NCBI GenBank assembly: GCA_024137785.1
Contig: JAHRHZ010000077.1
Location: 24,592,006-24,656,005 of the forward strand
DNA: 64,000 nt
From: Ginglymostoma cirratum
Taxonomy: Eukaryota
Direction: 5' to 3'
Below, piece by piece: positions 38,770 through 51,740 of this stretch. The position numbers were made by a program, and so were the translations under genes. The notes below the pieces were generated by a model. That model was not told where the DNA came from and did not search any database. It was given only the letters and a program-made list of their open reading frames with translations. Position 1 is the stretch's first letter; every line of letters begins with the position of its first letter.

Positions 38770-39930
38770 CAATCTCATTCACTAAAGTCCTTCAGGGAAG
38801 GAAATCTGCCACCCTCACCTGGTCTGGCCTACATGTGATTCCAGACCCACAGCAATGTGGTTGATACTCCATTGCTGTCTGAAATGGACTGGCAAGCCAT
38901 TCAGTTGTACCAATTGCTACAAAGTCTCAAAGAAATGAAACTGGATGGATCACCTGGCATCGACCTAGACACTGGAAAAGGCGACAACGGCAGACACAGT
39001 CCTGTCGACCCTGCAAAGTCCTCCTCACTAACATCTGGGGGTTAGTGCCAAAATTGGAAGAGCAGTCTCACAGGCCAGTCAAGTGACAGCCTGGCGTAGT
39101 CATACTCACAGAATCATACCTAACAGACAATGTCCCAGACACCGCCATCACCATCCCTGGATATGTCCTGCCCCACTGTCAGGATAGACCCAGCCGAGAT
39201 GGTGGTATACAGTCGGGAGGGAGTTGCTCTGGAAGACCTCAACATCGACTCAGGACCCTAAAGGACATAGCTGCTAGACTGGGTCTGCAGCAGATAGTGA
39301 GGGAACAAACAAAAGGGAAAAACATACTTGACCTTATCCTTACCAATCTGCCAGCTACAGATGCATCTGTCCATGACAGTATTGGTAAGAGTGACCACCG
39401 CACAGTCCTTGTGGAGACGAAGTTCTGCCTTCACATTGAGAATAATCTCCATCATGTTGTGTAGCACTATTAATGTGCTAAAAGAGACAGACTTCTCACA
39501 GATCTAGCAACTCAAAACTGGACATCCATGAGGAGCTGTGGGCCATCAACAGCAGAAGAATTGTACTCCAGCACAATCTGTAACCTCATGGCCCGGCATA
39601 TCCCCCACTCAACCATTACCATCAAGCCAGGGGATCAATCCTGGTTCAATGGAGAGGGCAGGAGGGCATGCCAGGAGCAGCACCAGGCATACCTGAAGAT
39701 GAGGTATCGACCTGGTGAAGCCACCAAACAGAACTACTTGCACACCAAGCTGCATGAGCAGCAAGTGACAGACAGAGCTAAGCGATCCCATAACCAACGG
39801 ATCAGATCTAAGCTCTGCAGTCCTGCCACATCCAGTCATGAATTGTGGTGGTCAATTAAACAACTAGGCACAGGCAAAAATGCTGGCCAGCCAGTGACGC
39901 CCACATCCCACTAATGAATAATTTAAAAAA
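38770..39930 (+). mobile_element. Internally deleted CR1/L2-group LINE: SlmI-like core, then APE endonuclease remnant, then 3' tail
   Basis: gggaaggaaatctgccaccctcacctggtctggcctacatgtgattccagacccacagcaatgtgg, then TNIWGLVPKL...VVILTESYLTDNVPD, LDLILTN, IGKSDHRTV, then tail gctggccagccagtgacgcccacatccc. Confidence 0.8.
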
Positions 39931-39940
39931 TTTTAAACAG

Positions 39941-40069
39941 TCTGATGAAGGGTTTAGGCCCGAAACGTCAAGTTTTCCTGCTCCTATGATGCTGCTTGAC
40001 CTGCTGTGTTCATCCAGCCCCATGCTTGTTATCTCGGATTCTCCAGCATCTGCAGTACCTTTTATCTCT
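39941..40069 (+). mobile_element. Solo family-A pLTR beginning at the hammerhead core (39942-39969)
   Basis: tCTGATGAagggtttaggcccGAAACGTCaag...cagtacctttatctct. Confidence 0.88.
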
Positions 40070-40809
40070 CTCCAGTTCCATCCCAATGAGTTGGTAATCT
40101 GGATCTTTGCCTAATGCACCCTGTAAATGAACTGACCTCCCCCAGGAGTTTAAGGGTTCTTCAGTGCTGGCCACAGCACATGATAGCTATTGAGCACCAA
40201 AGTCCTAACACCCGAGTGCTCAAATTCCACAGCAGAGATCCTACTCCTCTTCAAAGTTGTACAATGACATTCCTTACACACACCTGCCAGACCATACCCT
40301 GTTCTCATGTGATCCAAAAGACAGCCCCTTTTACTCTGATGCATTCCCTTCATGCTGCAGCTAAAATTTTGTGTCCAAGTTTTGTGGAGTGAAGCTTGAT
40401 CCTACAACCTTCTGACTCAGAGACAACTGAGTCATGGCTGAGGATGAATTTTGGGATGATACAGGAACTAATTTGCAGGGAAGGAATCCTCATTGATTAT
40501 TAGAATATGTGCTGTTAAAACAAAGAAGATACAAAATAAACAAAAACTTGATACAAATGACCTTGTCAGGTATTTTTATAATGGCCAATAGAACAATTCA
40601 ACTAATGTTTGATAAACAGCAAATGCTGTATTCAATGACAGTCATGAAAGGTGCCAAATAAATGCAAGTCGTTATTGTCAAGCATTGCTCATCTTTTGGT
40701 GTTGATCACTTAACGACCAGGATACCACAGAAATGAGGTCAAGCATGTTGCAGTCTCTTAATCTCAGCAGGCATAAGCTCCAGAGCTGCCAAAACAGGAA
40801 TGTGCTCTT

Positions 40810-41582
40810 ATTCCTTAAGTGGTCTATGTTTGAATGCAGCAAGACCTGGATAATATCCAGGTTTACACTGACAAATAACATTTGCGTCAATATATCACCA
40901 GCCAACGATTATCTCAAATGAGAGAATCTAACCATGACCTCTTGAAATTCAATGACATTACCATTGACCAGAACTATACTGAATTAGCCACGAGATTACT
41001 GTGACTACAGCAGGTCAGGCGCTAAGAATCCTGTAGTCAACAGCTCATCTCCTGATTTCCCAAAGCCACTCTACCATCTACAAAGGACACGTCAGGAGTG
41101 TGATGGAATACTCCCCATTTGCCTGGGATGAGTGAAGCTCCAACAACACTCAAGAAACTTGTCACCAGCCAGAACATACCATGATTGGGACCACATCCAC
41201 AAACATTCACTCCCTCTATACCAATGCTTAGTAGTAATACTTTGTAGATTCTACAAGATATACTGCAGAAATTCACTAAAGGTTCCTTGATGGCACTTTC
41301 TAACCCATAATTGCTACCATCTAAAGGCAGCAGATACATGAGAACACTGCAACCTGCAAGTTTCGCATCAAGCCATCTCCATCCTAACTTGTAAAAATGT
41401 TGTCAATCCTTCAGTGTTGCAGTGTCAGAACCTTGGACCTCCCTCCCTCAAAATACTCTGGATATATCCTCACCAAATGAACTGCAGTGGTTCAAGACAA
41501 CTTATCATTACCTTGTCAATAGGGATAGATGATAAATTCTAGCCAAACCAGTGATGGGCATGTCCCATGAACGAATTTAAAA
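40810..41582 (+). mobile_element. CR1/L2-group LINE 3' part
   Basis: STIYKGHVRSVMEYSPFAW motif and the family 3' tail; further copies at ~44420-44760. Confidence 0.8.
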
Positions 41583-41798
41583 AGACGGCATCCAAGAAAA
41601 ATCAGAGTTACTGGGGAAAGGCAAATGTCAAGAAAACAGCTAAAGTGTTCAGAAAATGTAAACAGAAAATTAGATGAAAACAGACAATGTTAGAAACTCA
41701 ACAGCACCTGTGGAGAGAAGAGGCAGTAAAAATAGCAACGACCAAAAACATGTATCTAGAAAAATAATGGCAAAACTTCATGTTTTACTCACAAAATT

Positions 41799-41804
41799 TT
41801 TATT
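41799..41804 (-). promoter_or_regulatory. Candidate polyadenylation signal (AATAAA) of the DPY19L1-type gene
   Basis: AATAAA on - strand ~210 nt after the stop codon, followed by T/GT-rich sequence. Confidence 0.55.
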
Positions 41805-42012
41805 GAAAATAATCACATATTGCATAACTCCATAAAGACATGAAAATTCTGTTTATAAAGAAACACAAAGATCATATTTTTACATTTGTTTTCATCTTCA
41901 TTCGCACCTCCTGTCACTTTCTTCAATCAATTTGGAACATTTCATCTGCACAGCAATGTTCAACCAGAATTGGCTTTGAAATTCCCTTGTTTATCCAAAT
42001 TAGCATAGATTT

Positions 42013-42181
42013 CTATGTCCAGTTGAGACTTTTCTTTATCTTTAAGACTTTGTAAACGTCATTCTGAAACACAGGGGTGAAGTGAGGGGCAGGCGACTTG
42101 GAAAGAATTGAACACAGCGGGGGTTTCATTGCATTATGCGTATCTTCCACGTCCCAAATTTCTGGCATGCTGCAACCAGGC
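42013..42181 (-). CDS. DPY19L1: DPY19L1-type C-mannosyltransferase, terminal coding exon PGCSMPEIWDVEDTHNAMKPPLCSILSKSPAPHFTPVFQNDVYKVLKIKKSLNWT*
   Basis: cag acceptor at 42184-42182, TAG stop at 42015-42013. Matches the recalled DPY19L1 C-terminus PGCSMPEIWDVED...HFTTVFQNSVYKVL. Confidence 0.93.
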
Positions 42182-42667
42182 CTGTATGAGACAGAAATCT
42201 ATTATAGTCACCTCCGTATGAAAAGGTTGTGGAAATAATTTGCTTACATCATTAAAAAAAAGATATTTTAACTGAAAGTGGACACAAGTTTGTAATTCAG
42301 ATTTGGAAGATGCCGTATCCAGGAAGGTTCATTATATTGATTGGGTTTATGCACTTGTCAGAAACGACTTGTCAGCATTAAGTTAGTTTAGTGATTCTCA
42401 TGGTGAACAATGATGTGTTCATTATTAAAAAATTAAATAATTGCCCCAACCTCATTACAAGTATGTGGGATGACTAGGTTAATAACAGAATCAGGACTGA
42501 TAATGATGTAGCGCCCTCATAAATACCATGTATTTCTCTAAACCAGTACATCCAATTGTATCAATTGAGCAGGGCAATTAGAATAAAAAAAGGCAGAAAT
42601 AAACCAAAAGGTGCTTCATTGAAATGAACTGAATTTCAGTATAGCCATTCCCACAAGGCATTTATAC

Positions 42668-44400
42668 GAGCATAGGAATTAGGAGCAGGAATAGATCATT
42701 CAGTCCTTCAAGCCTGCATTGCCATTTAATAAAATCACGGCTGATCTGCTGTATTTCACATATCACTTTCTGATCTACCCCAATAATCTTTGATTCCGTT
42801 GTCTAACAAGAATATATTACATAAAATATTCAATGATCCACCTCTCTGCTACCTTCTAAGACAGAGCTCCAAAATTGCACAACCCTCAGTGAAAACAATT
42901 CTCTTCATCTGTCCTTAAAGGGTGACCCTAAGTTTTAACACGGTGTTCCCTAGTCCTGGAATCATCCTCAAGGGGAAACATTCTTTCCACATCCATTTTA
43001 TCAAGACTGTTCAAGATGGTATAAAACTCAAACAAGTTACTTTGAGAATCTAGTGAACCTCCTCCAATAAATTTACATTCTTAAATAAGGAGATCAAAAA
43101 CTGCATGTTGTATTTCAGCTGAGGTCTTATCAATCCTCTGTATAATTTTAACAACATTATTTTACATTCCGTTCCTCTTGGAATAGTGGATGACAGTATT
43201 ACATGAGCTCCTATTTTAAAAAATAACCTTTTATGAGGCACCTTGTCAAACTCCTGTTGGAAATCCAGGAGTAAATCAGCAGGTTCACATTACCCATAAT
43301 GCACATTACTCCTTCAAAGAATTCCAACAAACTGTGAAAGTCCCTTTAAAAAAAAAACATGCTGAATTATCCTGATTACCTCAAGTATTTCTAATCATTC
43401 ACAGCTACAATCTCATTAATGGCTGATTCTAACACCCTCTCCATGATAAACGTCAAGCTAACTGGCCTACAGTCTCCTGTTTACTACCTCACACTTTTCT
43501 TGAATAGAAGGCTATAGGTTTCTACTTTCCAATCTGATGGAATGGCTCCAGAGTCCAGCAAAATTTGGAAAATTAATGACAATACATGTACTACCTCAGT
43601 AACCACCTCTTTTAAGATTCTAGCATGAAGTCCATCAGGACCCTGGAGCTTATCAGCCCATAGCTCCATCAGGTCGCTCAGCACTGTTGCCCTGGCGATT
43701 GTAATAGATGTGGTTTTGCCTCCAGTGGTGTGTTTTATCTGGTGTGGCAATGCTTACTATTTTCACATTTCTAGCTAGCTTCCTCCTGATTAGTCATTCT
43801 TGGCTGCTCTTCATATTCTGACTAATCGTTTGACCTGTTACTTTGCACAATGATATGTTTTTTCCTTAAATTTGATGCGTACCTTAATTTGTTTAATTAA
43901 CCACAGACTGTGGGTTTTCCTCTTGGAACTTTTCTCTAAAGTAGGAATATACTTTCTTTGAGTATTCTGAAATATCCCCTTATATGTCTATTCATTGCTT
44001 TGCTATTAACCTGTCCTAGACTAGTATGTCAGTTCGTGACAGCAAGCTCAGCTTTCAAGTCCACAGTTCTCCACAGTTCAAAACTCTCTCAAAAGCATTC
44101 TATGAATTCCTCATCTAGGCTCCTACTGCCAATTTGATTTTTCCATATATTCAATTAAAGTCACACATGATTACCATAGCCACCTTCTCTCAAGCACCCA
44201 ATATTTCTTCTTGTACATTTTGTCTTACACTGTGGTTATTGTTAAACGTCACTCTCACTAGTGACTTCTTTCACCTAATATTCATCTTCAAACCGATTCT
44301 ACATCTTGATCGCCTGAACCAAAGTCATCTGCAATTACTGCAGAGATGCCATCCTTGATTACCAGTGCTATTCCTCCATCTTCACCTTGCTTCCTACTTT
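42668..44400 (-). mobile_element. Degraded CR1-type LINE
   Basis: GPDGLHARILKEV...IPSDWKV, LYRGLIRPQLKY, CR1 3' UTR. Confidence 0.8.
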
Positions 44401-45066
44401 CTTGAATGTCATATACAATGGCATTACCATCATTAAATCTTTCAGCATCAAAATATTGAGGCTCACTATTGATCAGAAACTTAATGGTAACTGGGCTACC
44501 TATACATAATCCAGAACTGGGTATTCTGAGGTGAGTAACTTATTTCCTGACACCCCAGAACCTGTCTACCATCTAAAAAAACTGAAATCAGGAGCATGAT
44601 GAAATACTTGCCATGGCCTGAGTTCAGCTCCAATAATATTTGGCAAGTTTCACTGTCCTAGACGAGGCAGCCCACTTGATCAGCAGCCTGTCCATCAATT
44701 TAAAGATCAACCCTAACCTCCAGCGGTATACCTTGGCCGCAGTGTGTAAACACATTCACAGGAGGCTAAAGAAGACAGGAATCTAATGCCATTTTAAAGT
44801 TATTTTTAAATAAAACCTATAAAACTTGTTTCAGGAGAATCATAGTTAATTTAAACCCAAATTAATCACTGAACATTGGAAATAAATGCTACAGAATTTG
44901 TTGATCCTGCTGCACATAACAGAAACAGTTATCACTGACAGTGGCTAAGGGGAAAACAGCCAGTCAACTCAAATTTACTTTAAATGAAGAAAAACTACCT
45001 TAGATATGAAAAAAGGAAATTATTCTGATCAGAAGCTACTTACAAAAGATTTAGATTAGGTGTTAC

Positions 45067-45192
45067 CTTGTTTTTCTCAAACACCAGGAATCTTCAAAAA
45101 TAAAATAGTCTACACCCAGTCTTATGAGCCCATTCTTCACTTCCTCTGCTGATTTCCGACTGTACATCGCATAAACTTGCTTTGTCCTTTCT
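45067..45192 (-). CDS. DPY19L1: DPY19L1-type exon, ERTKQVYAMYSRKSAEEVKNGLIRLGVDYFIFEDSWCLRKT(R)
   Basis: tag/gtaaca splice sites, 126 nt, phase 2->2. Matches ARTKIVYSMYSRKAAEEVK...YYILEESWC. Confidence 0.93.
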
Positions 45193-46197
45193 CTATATAA
45201 GAACAAACAGAGGTTTTAACACCAATGTAAACATATGTAAGCAAGGGCAGGAAGATGATGAGCACAGTACCTCCAGAATGAGGATTTAACTGGGGTTGGG
45301 TTGAGGAAAATTCAGGGCAGAAGTGATGAAAAAAAGGAGACAAGGTGTGAGAAAGCAGAGAGAGGGGCAGGAGAGGGGTGAAGGAGTGAGGGGGGAAGTC
45401 AGTTAAGGATTGAAAAATTGAAGGGGAGGGATGGGGAAGGAATGAAGCATTGGAATGTAAAGGAGCAAAATTGGAGAATGGTGGAGATGATGATTTAGCA
45501 GGGGAAAGAGGGGCAAGGGTGGAATCCTAGGGGGAAAATTGAGGGGGTTGGAAAAATGTGGGAGCTGAGGGGGTGGATGGGGAGCAGTTTCACTCAAGTG
45601 TAAGTAGATCACATGGTTAGCTTTACCACAGCAAGAATGGCAGCACAATACAGGAGAGTGTCACGTGAATCTTATAGAACAGGGAGGTAGAAGTAAAAAA
45701 AAATTAACAACTGCTGGAAATTTCTCCAACTAAGAAAACTGGAGATCAAATATTCAGAGTCTGAGTTGGAGGAAAGACAGAATTTTCTTGGAGAAATGGC
45801 AGTCACCCTACTGAGGGATGAGGGATGGCCGTGGTGGAGGAGGGAATGAAGGGAAGAAAATTATTGATTTAGAACAAAAATTATAAGCATTTGTTGGTCA
45901 GAAATGCAAAAAGGGACATGCTACACAAGGAAGTAATTATATAGAAAAGAGAGAATACATAACTTTACTACAGAACTGAGATATCTGCATGCCGTTTTCA
46001 ATCACTGCATCCTCTAAATTTCCCTGTAACTAAACACTTGATTGTGGCTCTTAGAGCACGATGCAATGGGAACAGAGTTAATTATAATTACAAGTTAATT
46101 ATCAACCAGTTATTACACTCCTGTGTAATGTAATACACAATAGATAATCACATTGTGATAGCAGTATAATAGCGAGAATAATAAAGTAATTGCTAAC

Positions 46198-46297
46198 CTC
46201 AGTCCAGCATCTTCATAATGTGGGTGATTTACAATAGGTCGTCCTGTAGATAATTTGATGCTAGCCATTGTGGGCATAGCCCCAGCAAACACAGCAT
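46198..46297 (-). CDS. DPY19L1: DPY19L1-type exon, (D)AVFAGAMPTMASIKLSTGRPIVNHPHYEDAGL(R)
   Basis: cag/gttagc splice sites, 100 nt, phase 1->2. Contains the DPY19 family motif NHPHYED. Confidence 0.96.
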
Positions 46298-47864
46298 CTG
46301 CAATGTGAATTAATTATTGCATTTTCTCATTAACATCTCTATTGTACTGACACCTACAATGTCACTACTTAAGTTTCAAAATAAAATGAATTAGAATTAC
46401 TATCTGGTGGATTAGGCCAGTCAGCCCATTGAGACTGAATTATTATTCAACTAGACCATGGTCAATCTTCTAACTCAAAATCATTTTTCTGCACAATCCC
46501 CATATTCATGGTATACTTAATAAGTAGAAATCTACCAAACTATGGTATTGAATATAGTCGATGACTGATCCTCCATAGTCCTCTGGGGAGAAAATTCCTA
46601 AGATTCACTACCCTGCAAGCATAGAAGCTCTTCATGACTTTGCTCCTAAAAGAACTCTGTCTTATTTTGAGACTGTGTCCCCTGGTTCTAGATCTCAAAA
46701 CCAGTCCCCAGAGATGACACTGGACCAGCAATCCACAAAAGCAGGCTAATGCTCTGGCACCTGGATTCAGGGCAACTAGGGGAATTTAAACTCAAATAAC
46801 AGACCTGGAATTAAAAAGCTACGTCCCATTTTTTTGGTCACCATTGATTGTCGCGTTAAAACAAAACCCATCGTTTAGAGATGGAAATCTGCTGTCCTTA
46901 CCTTATTTGACCTACGTGCAACTCCAGAACCACAGCAATGCAGTTGATGCTTGACTGCTTTATGAAAGAGGCTTGCACTAAATCAACCAGTTTAAAGTAA
47001 AACTGCTAGCTTTTCCATTGATACCCACATCCCATTAAAAGAATAAAGAAAAAATAAACCTGAAAGGTGAAAACATTACCTTAATTCTAGACAACAGGGT
47101 GCCAAAAGGTTCAATCATTTTTCCTAATTCCCTCCCCAACCTGAATAAAACAGTAGCTTCACTCAAACAGCACTCTCTATTTCCACAAGGACTGTTCATT
47201 TACCCTTTTCTCCACTGTTAGAATTTACAGATATAACTATAATTGATCACCAACACTGATAACATTGCTTGATTTGAAACAAATTGCTTATGGATCCTCA
47301 TATTGCACCTTCCTCTTTCATTAACTGCCTCAAAAGATTGACTCTTATCTAAAATAATGCAGCCATTTTAACTGGTGCTGTAGCAACAGTGTTAGTCACA
47401 GGAAGATGCAATAAAGTTTTTGTGAAGAGCAGAGAAGCACAGAAAAAGTTGCAGCTGAGCAAGCCCAGTTTTAGCTATCTTGAAAATTGCAGGATCATTT
47501 GAAATCTCCAGTACTCAAGCACAAAGTAAAGGAAATTCTCCCCTAATAATGACACTTTTAAGTGTCTAGACTTAAGGGAAAGTTGGGTAATCCAGACAAA
47601 AGGGGTCACAGAATGAGGGAAAATAAAAATACACAAATTTCTAATATGACTGCTTTTGTGGCAGAATCTTCACTTACATTTAACTGCGATTGATGGGTAA
47701 TTCATTCCATGTGGTGTAGAAACGCTTATATTAACTCCTGGTCTTTTCAGCTGTGGGCAAACATGGGTCTATTGCATACGTACAACACTGTCCCTAGCTG
47801 AATACTATATTAAAAATCTCACTTGCTGGGCCACTCTCTTAAGAAATGGAAAGATCACAATGCA

Positions 47865-48167
47865 ATAGAACATAGAACAGTACAGCACAGTACAGGCCTT
47901 TTGGCCTATGATGTTGTGCTGAAGTTTTACCCTAATCCTAAGGTCTATCTAACCTCCACCCCTACCTTATACTATCATCCATATGCCTATCTAGTAGCCG
48001 CTTAAATGCCCCTAATAAGGCCGACTCCACTACCCTCTCCGGCAATGCATTCCACGCTCCGACCACTCTCTGAGTAAAGAACCTACCTCTGACGACTCCC
48101 CTATATCTACCTCCACTCCACTTTAAAACTATGCCCCCTCGTAAAAGCTACCTCCACCCTAGGAAAG
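47865..48167 (-). mobile_element. CR1-type 3' end
   Basis: Reverse FFTQRVVGAWNALPERVVES motif; tail gttctatgttctat. Confidence 0.8.
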
Positions 48168-48606
48168 CAATAGGGAATAAAAGGACAAAAGCAAAATTTT
48201 GCTGATGCTGATTATGTGAAGTTAATGTATTAACAAATAAGTATCAAGCAACATTAGCGCACAGCAGTCAGATCTGTATTCTACAATTGCTTCTGTGATC
48301 TGCTTACCTGACTGACGGGTATATGATGGGTCCATTCCTAGTATTAACACCCTTAACTTAATGAGCGCAAGTACTCAATGAAAGAAGAACCAAGGAACTA
48401 GACATGCTGGTTAGCTACCAAAACATACAGTTGGGGATTTATATAGATAATCTGAGAGCCTAAATGTCTATAGAAAATTAATTCTTCCTATACATCAGTT
48501 TACATCGGTAAACATGTTAATTAAAACAAGAATTAGCACTTGCCTGCAGACATGTATAGGACTAACAGCAACATTTTTCTGAAGAAATAATTTCTATAAC
48601 ACTCAC

Positions 48607-48781
48607 CCTTTTTAGTATTTTCTTTAATCCACTCTAATAATTCCTCTTGAGGGAAGTTGCTGAACTCTCCAATGATGCTCCATTGTTCTTTCAGATTTAT
48701 TGCTCCCTGTAAGGCCATTGCTGCAAGCATGACGCACACAATTATCTGGTGATGGTATTTAGTGCGAACTCGGCTAAATAG
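48607..48781 (-). CDS. DPY19L1: DPY19L1-type exon, LFSRVRTKYHHQIIVCVMLAAMALQGAINLKEQWSIIGEFSNFPQEELLEWIKENTKK
   Basis: Polypyrimidine tract + tag acceptor, gtgagt donor, 175 nt, phase 0->1. Matches QWNIVGEFSNLPQEELIEWIK. Confidence 0.94.
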
Positions 48782-49484
48782 CTAACAAAAGGAGGAAACA
48801 AAAAGAAGCCATGAAACAAACTTCCAAGCTAATTGCTTTTATTTTGGTTAAGGGAGAGACAAACAGAGCAGTAAAAGAATTCACAGCTCTGACAAACAAA
48901 TGCACCCTATACATAAGTCTCAACAACAAAGGGATTTTTACACATAGCTGGTAGTTCAAAACATGCCTTTTATTTCACAAACCTATATAAAAGCACAATG
49001 AAGAAGCATGAAGATCTGAAACGTTAACTGTTTCCGCTCCACAGTTATTGTCTCTTGCTGAGTATTTCTAGGATTCTTAATTGTTATTTCAGATTTCCAG
49101 TATCTGCAGTATTTTCTTTTTGCATGATAGGACAGGGTTTACTATAGTACCTTCTGCTATTTTGTGTTACGGAAAACATGACGGAAGAAAAGCATTAACA
49201 ACAGCAGCAGGATTAATGTAAACTGCCAATAGAGTCTGAGATAACAAGGTGTAGAGCTGGATGAACACAGCAGGCCAAACTATCTCAGATTTCCCAGCAT
49301 CTGCAGTTCCTACTATCTCTGCCAATAGAGTCTGCTCTGCAATTTGATATGATTGAGACAGATCAGATTATGCCCTCAGCCCCACTTTCCTGTACAGTCT
49401 TCATAATGCTCAACATCCCAATAATTCAAATGCGGTTTAACTCAGCTTGAAAATGTTCAATGCCCCAGCATTCACTGCACTCGT

Positions 49485-49779
49485 GGGCGGCACGGTGGCT
49501 CAGTTGTTAGCACTGCAGCCTCACAGCGCCAGGGACCCGGGTTCGATTCCAGCCTCGGGTGACTGTCTGTGTGGAGTTTGCACATTCTCCCTGTGTCTGC
49601 GTGGGTTTCCCCCGGGTGCTCCGGTTTCATCCCACAGTCCAAAGATGTGCAGGCTAGTTGGATTGGCTATGCTAAATTGCCCATAGTGTTCAGGGGTGTG
49701 TGGGATGCTCCAAGGGTCAGTGTGGACTTGTTGGGCTGAAGGGCCTGTTTCCACACTGTAGGGATTCTAATTCTAATTC
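49485..49779 (+). mobile_element. HE1-type V-SINE, near full length, inserted into a CR1 fragment (~49330-50225, -)
   Basis: tRNA-like head with A box tggctcagttgttag and B box ggttcgattcc, V-domain tgtggagtttgcacattctcc, LINE-like tail gggcctgtttccacactgtagggattctaattct. Confidence 0.9.
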
Positions 49780-50551
49780 ACTCAGAGGTGGGGAAATTCC
49801 AAAGATTAATGCCGTTCTGACAGAATAAACTCCCCCTCATCTCCATCTTAAATGGGATTAAATGTGAGACCTGTTTTGTGCTCCCTAGTTCTAGACTCCT
49901 GCATTAAGGGAAACATTATGTCAATGTTACCCTATCAAGCTCCCTCAGAATTTATATTTCAAAATGATCAGCTCTCCTTCCGTGAAAATCCAATGAGTAT
50001 AGACCTAACCTGCTCAACCTTTCCTCACACAATAACTCCTTCAATTCAGGAATCAGCCTGATTAACTTTCCCTGCACTGCTTCCAATGCAAGTATATCCT
50101 TCCATAAATAAAGCAACCAAATCTGAATAGAGTATCAGGGTGTGCTCTCTCACCACACCCCGTACAGTTGTAACAAAGCATCCATACTTTCAAACTCCAT
50201 GCCCCTAACTATTAAAGCCAATGTATATCCTGCTTGTCTATTCTCCCCAACAAAATGAGCAGGAAATGATTAGGAGTGTTGTTTTTTTATTCCAGAATAA
50301 AGCACCCAGTAGATAACAGTTTCCTCCAGACTGTGTCCATCCACATATACAAAGCTGCAATAGGTATTGGTGTGAAATAGTATGACAGTTTGCATTGACA
50401 GAAAGTAAATGCAATTAGAATTCAAGCAACCAGACAGACGTATTTCTAAATGCAAGCTGATGAAACCTAGATAGGGGGTAATATCCCATCTAATTTCCTT
50501 CAGAGCAGTTACAAAGCCTGGTACCCAATTCAAAAGTTCCTGGCTTTGCAC

Positions 50552-51740
50552 TTAGAACAAAGAAAATTACTGTGCAGAAACATGCCCACTGGCCCTCCAA
50601 GCCTGCACCGACATGCTGCCTGTCACAACTAAAACCCCCCAACCCTTCCGGGGACCGTATTCCTCTATATCCATTCTATTCACGTATTTGTTAAGACCTT
50701 CCCCCGCAACGAGTTCCAGGCACCCACCACCCTCTGTGTAAAAAGCGTTCCTCAAACATCATCTTTAAGCCTTGCCCCTTGCACCTTAAACTTACGCTCC
50801 CTGGTAACTGACTCTTCCACCCTGGGAAAAAGCTTCTGACTGTCCACTCTGCCCATGCCCTTAATAATCTTGTCGACCTCTATCAGGTCACCCCTCAACC
50901 TCCGTCCTTCCAGACAGAACAATCCAAGTTTCTCCGACATCTCCTCATAGCTAATGCCCTCCATACCAAGCAACATCCCGGTAAATCTTTTCTGTACTCT
51001 CTCTTAAGCCACCACTTCCTTCTGGTGGTGTGGCGACCAGAATTGAACACAATATTCCAAATGCAGCCTGACTAAGGTTCTATGAAGCTGTAACATTACC
51101 TGCCAATTTTTAAACTCAATACCCTAGCCGATGAAGGCAAACATGCCATATGCCTTGTTGACTACCTTCTTGACCTGCGTTGCCACTTTCAGTGACCTGT
51201 GTACCTGTACACCCAGATCCCTCTGCCTATCAGTACTCTTAAAGGTTCTGCCATTTACTGTATATTTTCCATCTGGTTTGACCTTTCAAAATGCATTACC
51301 TCACATTTTTCTGGATTAAACTCCATCTGCCATCTCTCTGCCCAAGTCACCAACCGATCTATATCCTGCTGTATCCTCTGACGGTCCTCATTGCTATCTG
51401 CAATTCCACCAACCTGTGTGTCATTGGCAAACTTACTAATCAGACCAGCTACGTTTTCCTCCAAATCATTTATATATATTACAAACAGCAAAGAACCCAA
51501 CACTGATCCCTGAGGAACGCTGCTAGTCACAGCCCTCCATTCAGAAATGCACCCTTCCACTGCTACCCTCCGTCTTCTATGACCAAACCAGTTTTTCATC
51601 TATCTTGCAAGCTCACCTCTGACCCCGTGCGACTTTACTTCTGTATCAGTCTGCCATGAGAGACCTTGTCAAAGGCCTCACTGAAGTCCATGTAGATAAC
51701 ATCCACTGCCCTACCCTCATCGATCATCTTTATCACTTCT
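50552..51740 (-). mobile_element. CR1/HER1-type LINE 3' ~1.2 kb (RT and C-terminus)
   Basis: [59 protein letters not shown]. Confidence 0.92.

Noticed and set aside
49485-49560. tRNA gene
   Set aside because: A/B boxes belong to the tRNA-derived head of an HE1 SINE, followed by the V-domain and LINE tail.
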